This document shows, in pieces, positions 56,602-64,000 of a stretch of DNA of 64,000 nt. This DNA comes from Eledone cirrhosa (taxonomy: Eukaryota). Position 1 is the stretch's first letter; each line of letters opens with the position of its first letter. The DNA is taken from positions 6,634,001-6,698,000 of the forward strand of contig OZ024750.1 in NCBI GenBank assembly GCA_964016885.1, given 5' to 3'. The position numbers and the translations under genes were made by a program. The notes beneath the pieces were generated by a model. It saw only the letters and a program-made list of their open reading frames with translations, did not search any database and was not told the DNA's origin.

Positions 56602-56922
56602 TTTTTGTCGAGGTGGAGGGGGGCCTTTCTTCTTCTTGTGATTCCTTTTGTTTTGGGGGGAATTGAGGGTTTTGTGGTTTTGTGGTTTTGTGGTTCTGGT
56701 TTTTTGTTAAACAAAATAAATGCTGTTTATTACCATGTTGGTTGATTCTGTAAAACAAATACTTGGCAACCTTACAAACATTCCACCATCATCTACCTTC
56801 TTTCTTTCTTTCTTTCTTTCTTCTCCACCTTCTCGTCCCCCCCTCCTCTCCCTCCTCTCTCCCCTGATATCATAAGGATATATATACACACATATATATT
56901 CATATATATATATATATATATA

Positions 56923-56988
<66 letters not shown>

Positions 56989-57058
56989 TATACATACACA
57001 CATATATATACATACACATATATACATATTATATATATATATATATATATACACACAC

Positions 57059-57099
<41 letters not shown>

Positions 57100-57198
57100 T
57101 ATATACATATATATATATATACATACACATATATATATATATACATACACATACACATATATATATACATATATACACACATATATATATACATACAT

Positions 57199-57233
<35 letters not shown>

Positions 57234-57237
57234 CATA

Positions 57238-57271
<34 letters not shown>

Positions 57272-57306
57272 TATATACATATATATGTACATATATATGC
57301 ATATAT

Positions 57307-57337
<31 letters not shown>

Positions 57338-59413
57338 CATATATATGTACATATATATGCATATATACATACACACACACATATATATATACATATTAGG
57401 TTGCATGAAAGAATCCTGTTGTTTTGATAAGTTAAGTGGAGTTCTTTTGGTCTTCTCTGTTTATTTTAGTAAATTGAAGTAATTTTAGAATTTTTTTTCT
57501 TCCAAAAAACCTAAATTAGTCATCTAATGATAATAATGGTGGAGGTGGTGATGGTGGTGGTTGGAGGGGTAATGGTGGTGGTGGTGGTGGTGGTGGTGGT
57601 TGTGGTGGTGGTGGTTGTGGTGGTGATGGTGTGGTAGTGGTTGTGGTTGTTTTGGTGATTGCGGGGAAAATATGGTGGTGATGGTGGTGGTGATGGTGGT
57701 GATTGGAGGGATAATGGTGGTGGTGGTGGTGATGGTGGTGGTTGGAGGGGTGGTGGTGATGGTGGTGGTTGGAGGGGTAATGGTGGTGGTTGTGGTTGTG
57801 GTTGTGGTTGTTGCAGTGATTGGGTGAATTATGGTGGTGATGGTGGTGATAGTGGTGATGGTGGTGATGGTGGTGATGGTGATGTTGTTGTTGTTGTTGT
57901 TGTTGTTGTTATAGCTACATTAATAGTAATGAGGCTGATTTCTTAGAGGAATGTTTTTTCTCCAAGAGGTAAAGAATATGGTTAATTGAAGGTTTCTGGT
58001 GACTATTTCAAAAGTCAGCCATTTACAAGATTGGAATTCCAGAACAACAACAACAACAACAACAAATTTACACGATGATGATGATGATGATGATGGTGGT
58101 GGTAATGATAGTAATGACAGCGGTGGGGATGGAGGGATAGTGATGGAGAAGCAGGTGGTGGTAGTGGGAGTAGTGATGATGATGATAGTGGTGATAGTAA
58201 TGATGGCAGTGGTGGTGGTAGTGGTGGTAGTGATGATGATGGTGGTGGTGGTGATAGTAATGATGGTGGTGGTAGTGGTGGTAGTGATGATGATGATGGT
58301 GGTGGTGATAGTTATGATAATAGTATTTTCATGATAAAGGCTTTATCTCACATGATTATCTCACATAATATCGAATGTACAAGATTTTGATATTAATTAT
58401 TTTGAGAACAATACATTAATATAAGTATAAGAAGCCAGTTTAGCCAATTTGAACATAAAGAGGTGAGAGATTTAAACTGGTTGTAACCGGCCAGATTTCT
58501 TTCACCTCTTTCTGTTCAAACTGGTTATAACTGGCCACTCATAATGATGTTAATATATTGTTCTCAAAATAGATAACATCAAAATCTCATAGATTCGATA
58601 TTATGTGGGATAATCATGTGAAATAATGCCTTTATCATGAAAATACAATAGTAAATATAGAGTAATGTAGATACTAAGCCCAGCAGAGCTCACCCTTCTC
58701 CAAGTTTATATTAATATATACACAAAGAAATGGAGAGAACTGAAACCAACATCTTTTGATAATCACGAAGACTTGGATCTTATGCTGCAGCTAATACTAG
58801 ACTCTGTTATATTTTCTTCTTCATTTATATCCATGTTAACACTAAATCCATCTGAAATATGTTCTTAAAGAAACCATAGTTTAATTAATAAATTAATTCA
58901 TTAATCAATATTTATTTTATAATTAAAGAAAAATACCAAAACATTAATGAATCTTTAGTTAAGAGTAAAATGAGACAAGATATTGTAAACAAATTTAAAA
59001 AAGTGATGATAATAATAATAATAATAATAATAATGATAATAATAATAAAAATAATGATGATGATGATAAAATAATATTAACAATGATAAATGCAATGAAT
59101 ACCAACTGCTTCGATATGAAAACCAAATCATAAATCGTTATAATTCAAACAATAGAGTATCTGGTAAAGAAGGCCAACTTGATGAGATTGAATAGCTATG
59201 TGATGGCTATGAATTACTCCAATGTCATATGTTACATGTGAAAAGTCATAAACCAATCATACATCCCTATCGCTATATAACCTGTTATCAGAATTAAGAA
59301 AGAAGAAACCAGACGAGTCATTTTTCATTTTTCATTAATTTTTGTTATCAGTTATTTTGTTATAATTTATTTTTTCATTATTATTATTATTTTTTCATTA
59401 TTAATTTTTCGTT

Positions 59414-59467
<54 letters not shown>

Positions 59468-60328
59468 GTTGCTGTTGTTGTTGTTGTTGTTTTTCGTATT
59501 ATTATTTGGCAGTGAAAAATTTATGACTGATGATTATTATAATTTTGTATACAAATATTGTATGTATGTACGTATGTATATGTGTGTGCGTGTCGAAATA
59601 TACATATATGTATATTTATATACTTGCATATATATATATATGAGTATATATATTTAATTATATATATATATATATATATGAGTATATATATATACATACA
59701 TACACTCACACACAACTACTCTACCATAATATAATACAATTGAATAACCTATAATAGTTATTACACACTCTAACATTTTAACCTTTTCCTGACAAGTTAT
59801 GTGTGTATGTGTGTGTCTATATGTATATATATACGTGTTTGTATGTATATATACACACATGTGTGTGTGTGTGTGTGTTTATAGTATGAAAAAATAAACT
59901 GATTAAATCAGCTTATGTCAAAAATTCTCCATCCTTTATTATGAGCTTGGAGGAAAAATTCAGAAGTAAAACAACAAACAAACAAAAAAAAAACAACAAC
60001 AAAGAAAAGACCCCCTCCCCCCCCCCCCCCCAAACCCAATAGGAAATGAAAATAATATAGTGAGGACCTATCAGCAGGAATTTCAATGTCTCCTCATTCT
60101 ACTTAGAACAGTTCTTTTATTAAATGGTTGTTTTATTCAAGAATGAAACCTCTGATTTTAATGAATTTCAAGTGGTAAAACTGATTTTTATTAGACAAGG
60201 ACAGAACCCACTGATGATAATGTGCTCAGAGAAAATGGAAGCAAGGAAAGATAACTTTTTTTTCATTCTTCCTTCCTATATGATTAATATATTTTATTTC
60301 TACACACAAACACACTTATACATACATG

Positions 60329-60402
<74 letters not shown>

Positions 60403-60433
60403 TATACATATATTATATATACATATTATATAT

Positions 60434-60660
60434 ATAGGAGAAAGTATGACCCTGACGGCAGAGCTCAAGCCATTTTGATGGCTATTTCTGGACTAAAAAA
60501 TAGTAGGACTTTTTAGTCCAGAAATAGCCGTCGAAACGGCTTGAGTTCTGCCGTCGGGGTCATACTTTCTCCTATTACCCACTCTACTACCCCAAGTATT
60601 GAGTACTCTGGTGCGTTATGGTTATGGTCCATCTGGTCCCTTACCGCAACTCCTCCGTTA
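60434..60660 (+). mobile_element. PLE-like family B element: ~66-bp imperfect inverted repeat plus tail
   Basis: Arms 60434-60499 and 60510-60575; GAAA-CGGC TTGAGTTCT GCCG-TC; tail matches 10956-11032. Confidence 0.65.
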
Positions 60661-62517
60661 TTATATATATATATATTCATCATCATCATTATCATCATTT
60701 TACATCTGCTTTTCCCTGCTTGCAAGGGTGGGACAGGAACTATACATATATATATATTGTCCTAGTTATTATGTCTCTCACACTTATATTAACAATTTTC
60801 GAGACTATGTTCAAACTGACTGGAGATGGAATGGGTAAATGTTGGAATAAGGTGAGGAAATCAGTAGAATACTGACAAGAAAAATTACAGAAGGAGAAAA
60901 AAAATGAAACAAAATTAGGAAGGAGTGCAAGAAAGAAAAGAATAAGAAAACGAATGAAGAAAAAGTAGATGAATCATGATATTTATTTAACCTCCATTCT
61001 AGGATGGATTAGATGGAGCAACAGAACCCAAGTTAGTAGATAGTCGGAGCTACTGACCTCTCTGACTAACCTGGGACAACATCTCACAGAGGTTTCTGCA
61101 CTCAACAGGGTGCACTGGGTGAAGTTTTCATGTCTTTGATACAACTAAAGTTTCCTCTCAAACCTTTGTTTGGCAAATTTTCTATGCCCGGATGCCTTTC
61201 CTATCACCAACCACTTTACAGAGTGTGCTGGGAGTATTTTATCTTCTCACCAACATTAGAGATTGATGTGACATTTACACAACCGAAGAACTAAAGAGAG
61301 AGAGAGAGCTGTTTATGGCATGGTTCCTATAGCTGTAAGATCTTTCTAACAACAACCAACTTACATTATTCATGGCACCAAGGTTGTATTATCATGACTG
61401 ATGAGACTTCTCAACCCTTTTTGGTATGGTATCTACAGCTGGAAGCCATTCCTAACTCCAACCACTTTACAGTGGGTACCAGGTGTGTTTTAGCTTGACA
61501 CCAGTACTAAAGAGGCTGTCACACATTGACTGAACCGAAGAGCTTAGTCTACCCCTGGGAATTGAAGGTAATATGTTGGATTAAAGAGGAGGATAAATAT
61601 GATGTCATGGTTAAGTAACAATAGGTAGGGGGAGGGAAATGACAGGTATAATAAAGAAATAAATAAAGATGTGAAGGAAGGAATGAAGGAAGGAATAAAG
61701 AATATAAGGAAAGAAAAATGGAAAAATGAAGAAGAAAACTAATAAAGGAAAGGAAGGAAGGAATATGGAATGAAAAAAAAGAAGGAAAAATGAATGAGGA
61801 AGAAGGAAGGAAAAGAAAAAAGAAAAAGGAAAGAGAAAGTTAGAAGGAAAAGTATAAAGAAATAAATAAAAAAGAGAAGAAAATAAAGAATGAAAAAGTA
61901 AAGAAAAGTGATAAAAGAAGAAAGGAGCAAAGAAAGATAGATAGAAAGACAAGGAAAGAGGGATAGATAAAAAGAGAGAACAAGAAGGATAGATAGAAAG
62001 ACAAGGAAAGATCGATATCCTTTAGAAAGAAAGAGAGATAGTAGGAAAAGAATTCTTCATTGATGCCCTTGTGACTTTAAAATAGACGTTAAAAACCCAA
62101 TCAATTAATCAATCAGATAGTTAAATATATCTTTCAGGAAACTTCCGGAATTTTTCAATTTATTTTCAGTGTACTTTCTATATAATTAAGGTTAAGTTCA
62201 CCAGACTTAATATTGATTCAAAACTCATAATTTGCTATAATCTTTCTACTCTGCCTCCCAGATTTTTCTTCCATTAAAACTAAACTCAAGATCGATATAT
62301 ATACAGCAACTTTTATTTGTCAGTTGAATGATTAAGTTAAATCATTTGCCCTTGTAATTTTTTTTTTTTAGAAAATATCCAAGTTTTTTAAATTATCTGA
62401 CCCATACCAGCCATAAAAATAACCCCCACTTACATATATATACATATATACAGAAACAGACACCCCTTCCCTCTTGTCCCTCACTATCTTCTCTTCTAAT
62501 ATATACATATATATATA

Positions 62518-62559
<42 letters not shown>

Positions 62560-62700
62560 GTTTTATGGGCTTGTGTGATAAACACACTAACACTGAATTG
62601 AAAACTCATATACTGTGTATAGAATAGAGTCTTAGTAAGATTTGTAGTTAATAATTACTGTTCAGCAAAACTTCACTGTTAATAATAAATATTTTATATT

Positions 62701-62732
<32 letters not shown>

Positions 62733-62745
62733 TTTAATATAGATG

Positions 62746-62796
62746 AGATTCTACAGGACTAGAACTGTTTCATTCTTTAGAAATCATCAGGAATCT
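62746..62796 (-). ncRNA. Type I hammerhead ribozyme, family A (element spans ~62731-62920)
   Basis: AGATTC-CTGATGA-T TTC TAAA GAA T-GAAA-CAG TTCTAGTC CTG-TA-GAATCT. Confidence 0.7.
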
Positions 62797-63032
62797 TCTA
62801 AAGAATGAAACAGTTCTAGTCCTATAGAATCTCATCTATATTAAAACTTCTATACTCTGCTATGTATTGGGTACCTTACTTACTGTGGTTACCTCCGATT
62901 CAACCCGGAATAACTTACCTATATATAAAATATATATATGTGTATGTAAAAGGTAAACAGAAATAACAACACAATCGGTAGAGTATAAAGAAGGGATATA
63001 TTAGGTTAATGCTTGAAATATCAGGAAGAGGG

Positions 63033-63068
63033 TCTTAACGTTTCGGATGCTAGTCCTTCATCAGAAAA
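63033..63068 (-). ncRNA. Minimal PLE-type hammerhead motif
   Basis: TTTT-CTGATGA-A GGA CTAGCA TCC-GAAA-CG-TT-AAGA with palindromic AACGTT in place of stem III. Confidence 0.55.
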
Positions 63069-63160
63069 AAGAATGAGAAATAAGATAAATTGAAGAAACA
63101 GGTGGCTTGGAATTGGAAAAAATGTCTTTAGATAAAAATAACAGGTCCATTCTATATATA

Positions 63161-63205
<45 letters not shown>

Positions 63206-63209
<4 letters not shown>

Positions 63210-63615
63210 TTGTTTCTACTTTTGACACAAGGCCAGCAATTACCCCAGTGCATTACTGGTACTTTATTTTATCGACCCCGTAAGGATGAAAGGCAAAGTT
63301 AACCTGGCGAGATTTGAACTCAGACTGTAAAGGGACGTAACTATGCATAAAAGCATGGCGTCCAACCCTCTACCGATAATGCCAATCCACCGCCCTTTAA
63401 TAATTATAATAATTATATTAATAATAATTGTTTCTACTTTAGGCACAAGGCCAGCAATTACTCAGTGCATTACTGGTACTTTATTTTATCGACCCCGTAA
63501 GGATGAAAGGCAAAGTCAACCTCGGCGGGATTTGAACTCAGATCGTAAAGGGACGTAACTACGCTGGAAAGCATGGCGTCCGACCCTCTACCGATACTGC
63601 CAATCCACCGCCCTT
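63206..63615 (-). mobile_element. Two tandem Deu/Nin-domain SINEs
   Basis: Full copies at 63206-63397 and 63424-63615. Confidence 0.9.
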
Positions 63616-63721
63616 TATATTATATTAATAATAATAATTAATAAATATGGAAGAAGTGTCAAATTTTCATTAAGTTTATTCAGGTATGGCATGTGTTTCG
63701 CATTTGATCAGCTCAAGGTGT

Positions 63722-63744
63722 GTAGTAGTAGCAGTAGTAGCAGC

Positions 63745-63789
<45 letters not shown>

Positions 63790-63894
63790 TGTAGTAGCAG
63801 CAGCAGTAGTAGTAGTAGTAGCAGCAGCAACAGTAGTAGTAGTAGTAGTAGTAGTAGTAGCAGAAGCAACAGTAGTAGTAGCAGTAGTAGTAGT

Positions 63895-63929
<35 letters not shown>

Positions 63930-63972
63930 CAGCAGCAGCAACAGTAGTAATAGTAGCAGTAGCAGTAGTAAT
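63722..63972. repeat. (AGT)/(AGC) microsatellite
   Basis: Direct reading; explains the poly-L ORF. Confidence 0.95.
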
Positions 63973-64000
63973 ATCAATCTATATATTTCCCCTACTGCTG

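Overview
AT-rich, microsatellite-saturated eukaryotic DNA with a 200-N assembly gap at 48282-48481. The repeat families (tRNA-head CORE-like SINEs, Deu/Nin-domain SINEs, RTE and CR1 LINE fragments, very long (TA)n/(ATC)n tracts) resemble coleoid cephalopod, probably octopod, intronic or intergenic DNA; this is an inference. Nearly all listed ORFs are translations of simple repeats. No host gene is identifiable, though a few + strand segments have plausible splice sites. The main unexplained signal is a set of short elements sitting mostly in (TA)n tracts that carry type I hammerhead ribozyme (HHR) motifs, many with palindromic stem III regions as in Penelope-like element (PLE) ribozymes. Several are head-to-head fold-back palindromes, some show compensatory base changes between copies, and one subtype carries a Pol III A/B-box-like tail. 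All structures were read by eye and are untested.
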